Origin: Candidatus Aminicenantales bacterium
GTDB lineage: Bacteria; Acidobacteriota; Aminicenantia; Aminicenantales; Aminicenantaceae
Assembly (NCBI GenBank): GCA_046760305.1
Contig: JBHIDX010000007.1
Coordinates: 5,185-69,184, forward strand
DNA: 64,000 nt
Reading direction: 5' to 3'
The notes beneath the pieces were generated by a model. That model was not told the DNA's origin. It saw nothing but the letters and a program-made list of their open reading frames with translations, and made no database searches. The translations under genes and the position numbers were made by a program. The stretch's first letter is position 1, and every line of letters begins with the position of its first letter. Shown here piece by piece: positions 27,387 through 37,332 of this stretch.

Positions 27387-28016
27387 ATCAGAAGAAGATT
27401 TTACAGAGGACGTCCGCAGAAGGAAAAACCGCATCGTATTAATGAAGGAATAAGGCACAGGGAGGTCAGGGTGATTGACGAAGATAAGCAGCAGATAGGG
27501 ATTCTCCCAGTATCTGAAGCCCTGGCACTGGCGCGCGAGAAAGACCTGGATTTGGTGGAGATTGCTCCTCAGGCAACTCCACCTGTATGCAGGATCATGG
27601 ATTACGGAAAGTACCTTTATGAATTGCATAAAAAAGCGCAGGAAGCTAAAAAACATCAGAAGCAGATTCAGGTTAAAGAAATCAAGTTCAGGCCAAAAAT
27701 TTCTATCCACGATTATAATTTCAAAGTGCGTCATGTTCAGAGATTTCTTTCTGAAGGACACAAGGTGAAGATAACAGTAATGCTCCGGGGACGGGAGAAA
27801 TCAAGGCCTGAGCTGGCACGAGGTATCATCGACAGAGTTTTTGAAAATGTAAAAGAAACAGCGAAACAGGACGGAGAGATGAAAATCCAGCCCTGGGCAG
27901 TCTCGGTTTTTCTAAGTCCGCAGAGAACAGGAGGAAAGGATGCCCAAATTAAAGACACACAGAGGGGCGAGGAAAAGGTTCAAAATAACAGGGAAGAAAA
28001 AAATTCTTCACCATAA
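27387..28016 (+). CDS. infC: Translation initiation factor IF-3, probable AUC start
   Basis: Conserved N-domain ([24 protein letters not shown]) lies upstream of the first in-frame GTG (27471). The frame opens after TAA at 27372-27374. AAAGGAGG SD at 27373-27380 is 6 nt before ATC 27387. IF3 classically starts on a non-AUG codon. The C-terminus runs 77 nt into rpmI. Confidence 0.6.
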   Translation: MRRRFYRGRPQKEKPHRINEGIRHREVRVIDEDKQQIGILPVSEALALAREKDLDLVEIAPQATPPVCRIMDYGKYLYELHKKAQEAKKHQKQIQVKEIKFRPKISIHDYNFKVRHVQRFLSEGHKVKITVMLRGREKSRPELARGIIDRVFENVKETAKQDGEMKIQPWAVSVFLSPQRTGGKDAQIKDTQRGEEKVQNNREEKNSSP

Positions 28017-28140
28017 AGCCTATAAAAGCCATATACTTACCAAGAAATCAGCCAAGCGGAAGAGAGGGCTGGGCAAAAAATCCCATGTAAGCAGGGCTGA
28101 TAGAGGGAGGATCAAAGAGATGCTTCCCTATGATTTTTAG
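27940..28140 (+). CDS. rpmI: 50S ribosomal protein L35
   Basis: [22 protein letters not shown]… 66 aa. AGGAGGAAAGG SD upstream. Confidence 0.92.
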   Translation: MPKLKTHRGARKRFKITGKKKILHHKAYKSHILTKKSAKRKRGLGKKSHVSRADRGRIKEMLPYDF

Positions 28141-28288
28141 TTCTAGCCCTCCATATTAAGGAAACGACTGCAAGCTGGAGGAAAAGCAAGTTTAATAGTG
28201 TTCAGTGGATTGAATTTATAGTCGAGTTTTTCGTTAATGCTTTATCCAGCCGGCAAACCCATGGAACAAAGGATGCAAGGAGAAGAAA

Positions 28289-28645
28289 ATGCCTAGAGTC
28301 AAAAGAGGACCTCGGAAAAAGCAGAGAAGAGCCAAGATTCTGAAGCTCGCCAAGGGATACTGGGGGGCAAGGAGTCACAACTACAGAACGGCCAAGGAAG
28401 CGGTGGAAAGAGCACTCCTCTATGCTTACAGAGACAGGAGAAGGAGAAAGAGAGACATGAGGCGGTTGTGGATTATAAGGATAAAAGCTGCTGCCGAGGC
28501 GAATGGTGTCTCTTACAATCGTTTTATTCACGGTCTCCATGCGCTCAACATTCAGCTCGACAGAAAAATTCTGGCTGATCTGGCTGTGAACTCTCCCCAG
28601 ACATTTCTCCGTCTCGCCCAGAAAGTGAAGGAGTCGCAGGTCTGA
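28289..28645 (+). CDS. rplT: 50S ribosomal protein L20
   Basis: MPRVKRGPRKKQRRAKILKLAKGYWG… 118 aa. Confidence 0.93.
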   Translation: MPRVKRGPRKKQRRAKILKLAKGYWGARSHNYRTAKEAVERALLYAYRDRRRRKRDMRRLWIIRIKAAAEANGVSYNRFIHGLHALNIQLDRKILADLAVNSPQTFLRLAQKVKESQV

Positions 28646-28647
28646 GG

Positions 28648-29682
28648 ATGGAGAATCTAAGCCATAAAATTGCCAGCTACAGAAGCGATTTTGATAGAGC
28701 TGCCGCAGGAGTAGAGGACAAGAAAACACTCCAGGAATTACGCGACCTCTACCTCAGTCGTAAAAGAGGAAGGATAACTCTCCTCCTGCAGGAGCTTCAG
28801 ACATTACCTCCCGAGGCAAAACCTGCTGCCGGTCAGCTTATCAATAGCCTGAAAAAGCACGTCCGGGAAAAGCTTCAGGCACTCAGGAATAGGGTTGAGG
28901 TGGAAGCTGAAGTGGAGAAAAAGTTTGACCTCACTCTCCCTGGAGAACAGAAATACTGGGGAGCGCCCCACCCTATTCATCTTTTTCAGGAGAAAATTGA
29001 GCGTATCTTTCTTTCGATGGGTTACCTGATTGAGGAAGGACCTGAGATTGAGACTGATTATTATAACTTCGAAGCACTGAACTTTCCTCCCCACCATCCT
29101 GCCCGCGACGACTGGGATACGCTTTACCTCACTGATGACCTCCTCCTCCGAACTCATACTTCTCCTGTTCAGATTCGTGTCATGGAAAAACGCAAGCCGC
29201 CCCTTCAGATTATTGTTCCTGGTAAAGTATTCCGCAGAGAGACACCGGACCCGACACACACTCCCATGTTTTACCAGCTTGAAGGCCTTGTTGTTGACAG
29301 GGGAATTACCCTCTCTCATTTGAAAGGAACCCTGGAGTACTTCCTCAAAGCACTCTTTGGTGAAAAGATTGCCATGAGGTTTCGACCCTCGTTTTTCCCC
29401 TTCACCGAACCTTCAGCTGAGGTAGATATCAGTTGTATTGTCTGCGAAGGGAAAGATGAGGAGTGTCGCGTCTGCGGCGGAACAGGCTGGAAGGAGATTT
29501 TAGGAGCAGGGATGGTTGACCCGCAGGTCTTCAAGAATGTGAACATCGATCCTGAAAAATATTCCGGGTTTGCCTTCGGCCTCGGGATCGACAGGACAGC
29601 CATGTTTGCTTACCAGATTTCAGACATGAGGTTGTTCTATGAAAACGACCTCAGGTTCAACAGGCAGTTTTTTCTAAAATGA
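28648..29682 (+). CDS. pheS: Phenylalanyl-tRNA synthetase alpha subunit
   Basis: Class II motifs (FRPSFFPFTEPSAEVDI, GAGMVDP). 344 aa. Confidence 0.93.
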   Translation: MENLSHKIASYRSDFDRAAAGVEDKKTLQELRDLYLSRKRGRITLLLQELQTLPPEAKPAAGQLINSLKKHVREKLQALRNRVEVEAEVEKKFDLTLPGEQKYWGAPHPIHLFQEKIERIFLSMGYLIEEGPEIETDYYNFEALNFPPHHPARDDWDTLYLTDDLLLRTHTSPVQIRVMEKRKPPLQIIVPGKVFRRETPDPTHTPMFYQLEGLVVDRGITLSHLKGTLEYFLKALFGEKIAMRFRPSFFPFTEPSAEVDISCIVCEGKDEECRVCGGTGWKEILGAGMVDPQVFKNVNIDPEKYSGFAFGLGIDRTAMFAYQISDMRLFYENDLRFNRQFFLK

Positions 29683-31763
29683 GAGTAAGTCTAGAGTGGC
29701 TTAAAGAATATGTAGAGATTGATATCCCGCTCTCTGTGCTGATGGAGAAGCTGGATATGATCGGTCTTGTGGTTGAGGAGCAGGAAAAAAGAGAGGGAGA
29801 TGTAATCCTTGATATCGAAACCCATGCCAACCGGCCTGATACTCTTGGTCATCTGGGAGTTGCCAGGGAAATATCAGCCGCCTTTGGTTTTCCTTTCAGA
29901 GATAGAGAGTGGACAATTAATTCTGTTGACTCTGGAGGGGAAAAAACAGCAGATTTAATAGACATCCAGATCAATGACCCGCAGCTCTGCCGTCGTTACT
30001 GTGGAGTTGTGGTCAGAAATGTTAGGGTTGAGCCTTCGCCCGAATGGCTGAAGAAAAGGATTGAAGCCATGAGACTCAATCCCATTAACAACATTGTCGA
30101 TATCACCAACTATGTATTGTTTGCTACCGGACATCCGATCCATGCTTTTGATTTGGCCCGGATCAAAGGCCGCAAGATAGTAGTCCGCCAGGCTCAGAAG
30201 GGGGAAATGCTCATCACTCTTGACAGAGAAGAACTGAGCCTCTCCCCGCCGCAATTGGTGATCGCCGATGCAGAAAAACCTGTAGCCCTGGCTGGCATAA
30301 TAGGAGGCGAGGGGTCAGCAGTCTCAGCCACCACCAAAGACGTCCTCATTGAGAGTGCGTGGTTTGATCCTGTTTCAGTCCGCAAAACCAGCAAACAGGT
30401 AGGCATACAGACAGAAGCATCATACAGGTTTGAGCGGGGTGCTGATGTTTCTTATCCTCCCTGTGCTGCTCTCATGGCAGCTTCTCTTCTCTCCCAGTTT
30501 GGCGGACAACCCGCCGAGGAAATACTGGATGTAAATCCTGTCCCTCCTAAGAAGAAAATTGTTATTCTCCGTCACCATCAGGTAGGAACTCTTCTCGGAA
30601 TTGAGATTGATCAAAAATTCATTTCTCAAACACTTACCAGGCTGGGATTTCATCTAGAAGAGCAAAAACCGGGAATGTGGCAGGTAACTATACCTACTTT
30701 CAGAGTTGATATCGAGAGAGAAATCGACCTCATTGAGGAAATTGCCCGCTTTTATGGTTATGATAGAATTCCTTCCTCTCTCCCTCAGCTCCGGGCTCCT
30801 GAACCTTACAGCAATGATAAGAGAGAGTGTGTACACAAGGTGCGCCGACTGCTCAACCACCAGGGTTTTGATGAAGTGGTTAACTACAGTTTCTCTGATC
30901 CAGAAGAGGGAGCTCCTTTTCTCGATAAAGAGTGTGCCATTGTCATCAGAAATCCCATTTCCCGTCGTGCGTCATATCTGAGGACTTCGCTGCTAGACGG
31001 CCTCCTGGCTACGGTGCGGTGGAATAAAAACAGAGGAGCCGAAGGAGTAAGCATCTTTGAAGTGGGAAATATCTATTTCTGGGAAGAAGGGAAGGCCTGT
31101 GAGCAGTTGATGCTGGGCATAGCTACCAGCGGTCTGTGGACTGAGGAAAGGAACGAGCAGCGAAGCGAAGAGAATATTTTTTTCCATTTGAAGGGTGCTC
31201 TTGAAGCGATGATGTTCTATTTAAGGTACGAGCCTTTTTCTTTCGAGGAAGTGAAATCAGCTTATTTTGATGAGGGTTACTCACTCAATCTTGTTTTTAA
31301 GGGTGAGAGAATAGGTTGTTTGGGGAAGGTGAAGTCGGAAATTCTCAATTTATACTCTTTAAAGGATTCAGTCTATGCCGCGGAGATAAATCTCACTCAT
31401 CTTTTGAGCAAACAGCCAAAACCTTTTAAGTATACAACGGTGCCGAAATTCCCTAGCGTGAGTCGTGACCTATCGTTTCTTGTTGACCGGGGGGTGAGCT
31501 ATCAGTCAATAAAACAGGCAATTGAGGAGCTCAAAATATCTTATCTGGAGAAATTCTCACTCCTCGACCGTTTCCAGGGAGAGCCAATTCCTGGGGATAA
31601 GATAAGCCTCTCTTTAAGGTTTGTTTTTCGCCACCCACAAAGAACCCTGCTTGCCAGGGAAGTTGATAATCTTCAGCTAAAGATTATCAAGAGGCTAGAG
31701 TCAGGCTTCAAGATTCAGCTAAGGGAAGGAGGAAAAATTGACAAGCGAACTGGAAAGAATTAA
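29679..31763 (+). CDS. pheT: Phenylalanyl-tRNA synthetase beta subunit (short form, no N-terminal EMAP/tRNA-binding domain)
   Basis: B3/B4, B5 and FDX-ACB-like domains. 694 aa. Start overlaps the pheS stop. Confidence 0.88.
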   Translation: MRVSLEWLKEYVEIDIPLSVLMEKLDMIGLVVEEQEKREGDVILDIETHANRPDTLGHLGVAREISAAFGFPFRDREWTINSVDSGGEKTADLIDIQINDPQLCRRYCGVVVRNVRVEPSPEWLKKRIEAMRLNPINNIVDITNYVLFATGHPIHAFDLARIKGRKIVVRQAQKGEMLITLDREELSLSPPQLVIADAEKPVALAGIIGGEGSAVSATTKDVLIESAWFDPVSVRKTSKQVGIQTEASYRFERGADVSYPPCAALMAASLLSQFGGQPAEEILDVNPVPPKKKIVILRHHQVGTLLGIEIDQKFISQTLTRLGFHLEEQKPGMWQVTIPTFRVDIEREIDLIEEIARFYGYDRIPSSLPQLRAPEPYSNDKRECVHKVRRLLNHQGFDEVVNYSFSDPEEGAPFLDKECAIVIRNPISRRASYLRTSLLDGLLATVRWNKNRGAEGVSIFEVGNIYFWEEGKACEQLMLGIATSGLWTEERNEQRSEENIFFHLKGALEAMMFYLRYEPFSFEEVKSAYFDEGYSLNLVFKGERIGCLGKVKSEILNLYSLKDSVYAAEINLTHLLSKQPKPFKYTTVPKFPSVSRDLSFLVDRGVSYQSIKQAIEELKISYLEKFSLLDRFQGEPIPGDKISLSLRFVFRHPQRTLLAREVDNLQLKIIKRLESGFKIQLREGGKIDKRTGKN

Positions 31764-31998
31764 AATACTGGAGAGTAAAGTTTCCAGGGTTGTTGATTAC
31801 ATACACAAGCTGGTAGGGGAGAACAAGAGGCTCGAGCAGCAAATAAAAGAGCTGAAGTCTGAGAAAAAGATTCTTGATGAGCGTCTGAAGAAGGCAGAGA
31901 AAGCAGAGCAGGTTATCAAAGAGTATGAAGATGAAAGAGCAGTGCTGCAGGAGAAAATAGAAACAATAATAAACCACATTGACGAGATCGGGATATGA
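31738..31998 (+). CDS. zapB: ZapB-like coiled-coil cell-division protein
   Basis: 86-aa all-coiled-coil protein with an L/E/K heptad pattern. Translationally coupled to zapA. Confidence 0.55.
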   Translation: MTSELERIKILESKVSRVVDYIHKLVGENKRLEQQIKELKSEKKILDERLKKAEKAEQVIKEYEDERAVLQEKIETIINHIDEIGI

Positions 31999-32321
31999 TT
32001 GACAAGATTGTTGAAGTCGAAATCTATGGGCAAAAATATAAGATAAGAGTCAAAGGAGAAGAGGATGAAAAATATATAAGCCATCTTACTTCATTCGTTG
32101 ACCAGAAAATGCAGGAGGTGGCTGTAAAATCCAAATCAACGGATTTAGTCAAGATTGCAGTGCTTGCTGCTTTAAACATCGCCGATGAGCATTTCTTAAG
32201 CCAGAAGAAGCTGGATCAACTGAATGAAGCAATTGGCCAGATGGAAAGTGAGTTAGAAAGTTTGGAGGATCATATTCTTAAGAATGAGAATAAATTTAAA
32301 TCTTACGAGGAAACTCCTTAA
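31995..32321 (+). CDS. zapA: Cell division protein ZapA
   Basis: VEIYGQKYKIR… N-terminal signature. 108 aa. Lies downstream of pheT as in Bacillus. Confidence 0.8.
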   Translation: MIDKIVEVEIYGQKYKIRVKGEEDEKYISHLTSFVDQKMQEVAVKSKSTDLVKIAVLAALNIADEHFLSQKKLDQLNEAIGQMESELESLEDHILKNENKFKSYEETP

Positions 32322-32517
32322 GGTGAGCAAGACAAGTATGGATGTCTATCGAGAAAAGGCCCAGAAGAGATATTCGCTTCTCTCAGGAGGCAGGGGATTA
32401 TTCTCGAAGGGCACAGATTTGCCGGCAGGAATTCAGGAGAGAAATTTTCTCCTAGAGTGAGTTTTCTCGCCCTCCTTACTTTCATCTCCTTTGATTCACC
32501 GCAAGGAGGTGGTCAAA

Positions 32518-34083
32518 GTGAATTTAGCCTTTCTTATCGTCAACATAGTTATTTTGTGTGCCCTGGCCGGCTTTGTGGTGTTTGTCGTGCTGAGGAAGAA
32601 GTCTTCAGCCAGGGCAGTGTTCACGGCCAAGCAGGAAGCAAAGAAGATAGTCGAGCAAGCAGCAGGCGAAGCAGAAAAAATAAGAAGAGAGGCATCTCTT
32701 GAGGCAAGAGAGAAGCTTTTAAACCTTAAATCTGATTTTGAGCGTCAGACAAGGGAGAGGCGTAAAAAGCTGAATGAGCAGGAAAGAAGGCTCATGCACA
32801 AGGAGGAAAATTTAGACCGCAGGTTTCAGAATCTTGAGCGAAGAGAGAGGGATTTCTCGAATAAAGAGCGAAATCTTTATCAGAAAGAGCGGCAGGTTGC
32901 TGAGAAAGAAGAGAAATTGAACGAGCTTATGAAGCAGGAAATGGAGGAGCTGGAAAGGATTGCGGGTATGACTCAGGAAGAAGGAAAGAGCCTGCTGATG
33001 AAGAAGATTGAAGAAGAAGCACGGCTTGAAGCAGCTCAGGTTCTCAAGAAAGTTGAGGAAGAAACAAAGGAAAAGAGCAGTGTTCTTGCCCGGAATATCA
33101 TCAGTCAGGCCATCCAGCGCTCTGCTGCCGAACATGTAGTAGAGACTACAGTCTCGGTTGTTGACCTTCCTTCTGATGATATGAAGGGAAGGATAATAGG
33201 AAGGGAAGGGCGAAACATCAGGGCACTCGAGATGGCTACTGGAGTCGACATCATCGTGGATGACACTCCTGAGGCTGTCATACTTTCCAGTTTTGATCCC
33301 ATAAGAAGAGAGATGGCCCGCATGGCCATCGAAAAGCTCGTCGTCGACGGAAGGATTCATCCAGCTCGCATTGAAGAAGTTGTGGAGAAGGTGAAAGAGG
33401 AGATTGACGAGAACATCAAGCAGGAAGGAGAGTCTGTGATTATCGAGCTCAGAATTCAGGATATCCATCCTGAACTGGTGAAGCTTCTGGGAAAGCTGAA
33501 ATACAGGACAAGCTACGGGCAGAATGTTCTCCAGCATTCCAAGGAGGTTGCTTATCTTGCAGCCTTGATGGCGAGAGAGCTCGGCGTGGATTCCAACATT
33601 GCCCTCAGAGCAGGACTTCTCCATGACATCGGTAAAGCTGTCGACAGGGAAATCGAGGGCACTCATACTGAATTGAGTGTCGAACTTACCAGGAAATATG
33701 GAGAATCAGAAGAAGTAGTTAAAGCCATTGCTTCTCACCACCGTGATGTGGATTTTCCTTCTGTTGAAGCTGTGCTTGTTCAGGCTGCTGATACTCTCTC
33801 GGCGGCAAGGCCTGGAGCACGAAGAGAGCTTCTCGAAACCTACATCAAGAGATTGGAGAAGCTTGAGGAGATAGCCAATTCGTACGAGGGAGTGGCCAAG
33901 TCTTTTGCCCTTCAAGCGGGAAGAGAGATAAGGATTATTGTTGAAAGCCAGAAAGTTTCGGATGAAGAAGCTGGCATCACAGCCAAAGAGATAGCTCAGA
34001 AAATAAAGGATGAGCTGGACTACCCCGGTCAGATAAAGGTGACAGTTATCCGAGAAATGAGAGCGGTGGAGTATGCCCGATAA
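32518..34083 (+). CDS. rny: Ribonuclease Y
   Basis: N-terminal TM helix, coiled coil, KH domain, HD domain (LLHDIGKA). AAGGAGGT SD is 7 nt before GTG 32518. Confidence 0.9.
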   Translation: MNLAFLIVNIVILCALAGFVVFVVLRKKSSARAVFTAKQEAKKIVEQAAGEAEKIRREASLEAREKLLNLKSDFERQTRERRKKLNEQERRLMHKEENLDRRFQNLERRERDFSNKERNLYQKERQVAEKEEKLNELMKQEMEELERIAGMTQEEGKSLLMKKIEEEARLEAAQVLKKVEEETKEKSSVLARNIISQAIQRSAAEHVVETTVSVVDLPSDDMKGRIIGREGRNIRALEMATGVDIIVDDTPEAVILSSFDPIRREMARMAIEKLVVDGRIHPARIEEVVEKVKEEIDENIKQEGESVIIELRIQDIHPELVKLLGKLKYRTSYGQNVLQHSKEVAYLAALMARELGVDSNIALRAGLLHDIGKAVDREIEGTHTELSVELTRKYGESEEVVKAIASHHRDVDFPSVEAVLVQAADTLSAARPGARRELLETYIKRLEKLEEIANSYEGVAKSFALQAGREIRIIVESQKVSDEEAGITAKEIAQKIKDELDYPGQIKVTVIREMRAVEYAR

Positions 34084-34876
34084 GATAGGAATCCTCTTTC
34101 TCGGAGATATCATCGGTCGCCCGGGGAGAAAAGCCTTAAAGCAATATCTTCCCCGCCTGATAGAGAAATATTCCCCTTCTCTTATCATCGCCAATGCAGA
34201 GAATGCTGCTGGTGGGATAGGAATCACCGAGAAGGTTGCTCAAGAACTTTTCAGCCAGGTCAACGTGCTAACCTCGGGCAACCATATCTGGGATAAGAAA
34301 GAGGCGATTGAGTACATCGAAAGGGAGAAGCGGCTGCTTCGTCCTGCGAATTTTCCACCCCTCAACCCGGGAAGGGGCTCTTTCCTTTTCGAAGACGAAA
34401 AAGGGATAAAGATTGGCATCCTCAATCTTCAGGGAAGGGTCTTCATGGAACCCATCGACTGTCCTTTCCGCACCGCTGATAGGGAGATTGCCCTGATGAG
34501 GGAAAGCACTTCTCTGATTGTTGTCGATTTTCATGCTGAGGCAACCTCTGAGAAGCAGGCCATGGGGTGGTACCTGGATGGAAGAGTGTCGGCGGTCATC
34601 GGTACCCACACTCATGTTCCCACGGCTGATGAGAGGATCCTTCCCCAGGGGACTGCTTACATAACAGATGTGGGAATGATCGGAGGATACAACTCAATCA
34701 TCGGCATCCGCAGGGAGCATGCGCTCGACCGTTTCCTGCTCGCACGTACCCAGCGTCTGGAACCGAGCAAGGATGGTTTGATTTTTGGCGCTCTCGCTGT
34801 CGAGATAGATAGGTGGACAGGAAGAGCTCTTGGAATCGAGAGAGAAGTTATAAAAGTGGAAAAAAATGAGGTTTGA
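34073..34876 (+). CDS. ymdB: YmdB-like 2',3'-cyclic-nucleotide phosphodiesterase (TIGR00282 metallophosphoesterase)
   Basis: [13 protein letters not shown]…ANAENAAGG…GNH motifs. Conserved rny-ymdB pairing. Confidence 0.85.
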   Translation: MPDKIGILFLGDIIGRPGRKALKQYLPRLIEKYSPSLIIANAENAAGGIGITEKVAQELFSQVNVLTSGNHIWDKKEAIEYIEREKRLLRPANFPPLNPGRGSFLFEDEKGIKIGILNLQGRVFMEPIDCPFRTADREIALMRESTSLIVVDFHAEATSEKQAMGWYLDGRVSAVIGTHTHVPTADERILPQGTAYITDVGMIGGYNSIIGIRREHALDRFLLARTQRLEPSKDGLIFGALAVEIDRWTGRALGIEREVIKVEKNEV

Positions 34877-36203
34877 AAGCGAGGAGTATCCGAAAAAAGT
34901 ATACACCGTCTCTGAGGTGACAAAGATGGTGAAAGATATCCTCGAGAGCACCTATCCGGAGCTCTGGGTCGAGGGCGAGATTTCAAATTTCCATCGCCAC
35001 CATTCAGGCCATCTTTATTTTACACTCAAGGATGAGACAAGCCAGCTCAAGACTGTGATGTTCAGGTCTGAGGCCCTGAAAGTGGTTTTTGAAATAAAAG
35101 ACGGGCTCCAGGTAATCTGTCACGGCCGAATAAATGTCTATGAGCCACGGGGTGAATACCAGCTTGTAACTGACTTGATGGAACCAAAGGGAAAGGGTGC
35201 TCTCCAGTTAGCTTTTGAACAGCTCAAAGAAAAGCTCAGAAAAGAAGGTCTTTTTGACCCGGAGTACAAGAAAAAGCTTCCCCTTTTCCCCAAAAAAGTA
35301 GGAGTTGTCACCTCTCCTCGCGGGGCTGCCATCGTTGATATCGTTCGGACCCTTGAAAGAAGGTTTGCTCGTCTTCATATCATCATCTATCCCGTTAAAG
35401 TTCAGGGAGAGGGGGCAGCAGATGAGATTGTGGAAGGAATAGACTACCTGGGGCAGCAGAAAGACATAGATGTGATTATTGTTGGCCGCGGAGGCGGGTC
35501 GATAGAGGACCTGTGGGCTTTCAACGAAGAAAAGGTTGCCCGGGCTATCTTTCGATGTCCTATTCCTGTGATATCTGCTGTCGGCCATGAGATTGATTTT
35601 ACCATTGCTGATTTTGTTGCCGATATCAGGGCTTCCACACCTTCGGTGGCGGCAGAAATGGTGATCGAGAAAGAAGAGGCTTTTATGGAGCGTATCCAGA
35701 GCCTGATGAATCAGCTGGCCAGGAGCGAGAGATATTTTCTCCAGGAGCTTAACAACCTGGTTCTGAGAATGTCTCACCACAAGATATTCCAGAATTTCAA
35801 AATCAAGCTTCTTAACCTCGAGCAGAAAGTCGATGAGCTGGAGATGAAGGCCTGGAATGTGCTCAGGGAGGAGAGTAAAAAAATAGGAGAGACAAGGTCC
35901 TCCCTCGCTCTTCTCGAGGAGAAAATGAAGAACAGGATGTGGAGTATCCTCCAGAGTCTTGAATCCCGCTGGGAAAAGCTTTCATCTGATTTGCACAATA
36001 TGAGCCCCTTGAATATACTAAGAAAAGGCTACACACTGTGTTGGAAAAACGGGCATCTTATCCAGGATATAAAAGAGGTGGAAAAGGAGAGTGAAATGGA
36101 GGTCTCTTTCCACAAGGGAGAGTTCTCTTGCGTGGTAAAAGATATTTATCCTGAGAGGCAAATTGAATCGCGGCTGGAAAGGAGAAAAAATGGCAAATCT
36201 TAG
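34866..36203 (+). CDS. xseA: Exodeoxyribonuclease VII large subunit
   Basis: OB-fold N-terminus (VYTVSEVT…[10 protein letters not shown]). 445 aa. Confidence 0.9.
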   Translation: MRFESEEYPKKVYTVSEVTKMVKDILESTYPELWVEGEISNFHRHHSGHLYFTLKDETSQLKTVMFRSEALKVVFEIKDGLQVICHGRINVYEPRGEYQLVTDLMEPKGKGALQLAFEQLKEKLRKEGLFDPEYKKKLPLFPKKVGVVTSPRGAAIVDIVRTLERRFARLHIIIYPVKVQGEGAADEIVEGIDYLGQQKDIDVIIVGRGGGSIEDLWAFNEEKVARAIFRCPIPVISAVGHEIDFTIADFVADIRASTPSVAAEMVIEKEEAFMERIQSLMNQLARSERYFLQELNNLVLRMSHHKIFQNFKIKLLNLEQKVDELEMKAWNVLREESKKIGETRSSLALLEEKMKNRMWSILQSLESRWEKLSSDLHNMSPLNILRKGYTLCWKNGHLIQDIKEVEKESEMEVSFHKGEFSCVVKDIYPERQIESRLERRKNGKS

Positions 36204-36462
36204 CTTCGAAAAGGCACTGGAGGAACTGGAAAAAATTGTCGCCAGGCTTGAGGAAGGTGGTCTTTCCCTGGACGAGTCCCTCTCTCTTTTCGAGAAAGGA
36301 GTGAAACTTGCCAGGTTCCTGAGAGAAGAGCTCCAAAAAGCTGAAAAAAAGGTGGAAATTCTCCTTAAAGATGAAAAGGGTGAGATGAAGGAAGAACCCT
36401 ACCAGCCATCCGAAGAAGAGGAGACCTCCCCCGAAGGGTCAGATGAGGAAGTGCCGTTTTAA
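36190..36462 (+). CDS. xseB: Exodeoxyribonuclease VII small subunit
   Basis: [17 protein letters not shown]…LSLDESL… GGAG SD upstream of ATG 36190. Confidence 0.88.
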   Translation: MANLSFEKALEELEKIVARLEEGGLSLDESLSLFEKGVKLARFLREELQKAEKKVEILLKDEKGEMKEEPYQPSEEEETSPEGSDEEVPF

Positions 36463-36468
36463 AAACCG

Positions 36469-37332
36469 ATGAATGTGGTAGAAAGCCTTAACGAAAAAAG
36501 AGCAGCGGTAGAGGATTTTCTTTCCTCCATTCTCAGCCAGGAAAATACTGTTCTTTTCCAGGCTATGAGATACACCGTTTTTTCCGGAGGAAAGAGATTC
36601 AGGCCTCTTCTCGCTCTTTGTTCAGCCGAGTATTTTCGGGTAGACCAGGAAGAGGTGCTTCCTTTCGCCTCTGCTTTGGAGCTTATACATAACTATTCTC
36701 TTATTCATGATGACCTGCCTCTGATGGATGACGATGATTTTAGGCGGGGAAAACCCTCGAGTCACAGGGTTTTTGGAGAGGCTGTGGCTCTTCTTGCCGG
36801 GGATAGTCTACTTACCCTGGCTTTCGAGGTCATGGTCGGTGCTTTGGCTGGAAAAGGTTCGATGTCAAGAAAGGCCCGAGTGATAAAGGAAATAAGTGAA
36901 TGTGCTGGTGCCAAGGGAATGATTGGGGGTCAGGTGATAGACATTACGTTTGAGAAAAATAAGGTTACTAAAGATAGGATGCATGAACTCATCCAGAAAA
37001 AAACAGGTGCATTGATCACAGCTTCGGTAAAAACAGGAGCAATCCTGGGTGACGCTTCCCCTCGCCAGCTTGAAGCGTTGACTCACTACGGGAGAAATGT
37101 CGGGTTTGCCTTTCAGGTTAGGGACGATATTCTTGACCGTACTGCTGAGGGAAGTGACGCCAGTGACGACGAGCCAAATTATGCCCTTTTTGTGGGGCTC
37201 GAGGAATCGAAGCGCAGGCTGAAAGAATTCGTGAACGATGCCCTGCACTCACTCGAGAATGCGTCCCTCGATTCAGAAGAACTTCGGTATCTGGCTCGGA
37301 TGCTTCTCGATGTGGAGGGGAAAAAGGAATGA
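36469..37332 (+). CDS. ispA: Geranyl/farnesyl diphosphate synthase
   Basis: First DDxxD motif (LIHDDLPLMDDDDFRRG) and second (FQVRDDILD). Confidence 0.9.
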   Translation: MNVVESLNEKRAAVEDFLSSILSQENTVLFQAMRYTVFSGGKRFRPLLALCSAEYFRVDQEEVLPFASALELIHNYSLIHDDLPLMDDDDFRRGKPSSHRVFGEAVALLAGDSLLTLAFEVMVGALAGKGSMSRKARVIKEISECAGAKGMIGGQVIDITFEKNKVTKDRMHELIQKKTGALITASVKTGAILGDASPRQLEALTHYGRNVGFAFQVRDDILDRTAEGSDASDDEPNYALFVGLEESKRRLKEFVNDALHSLENASLDSEELRYLARMLLDVEGKKE

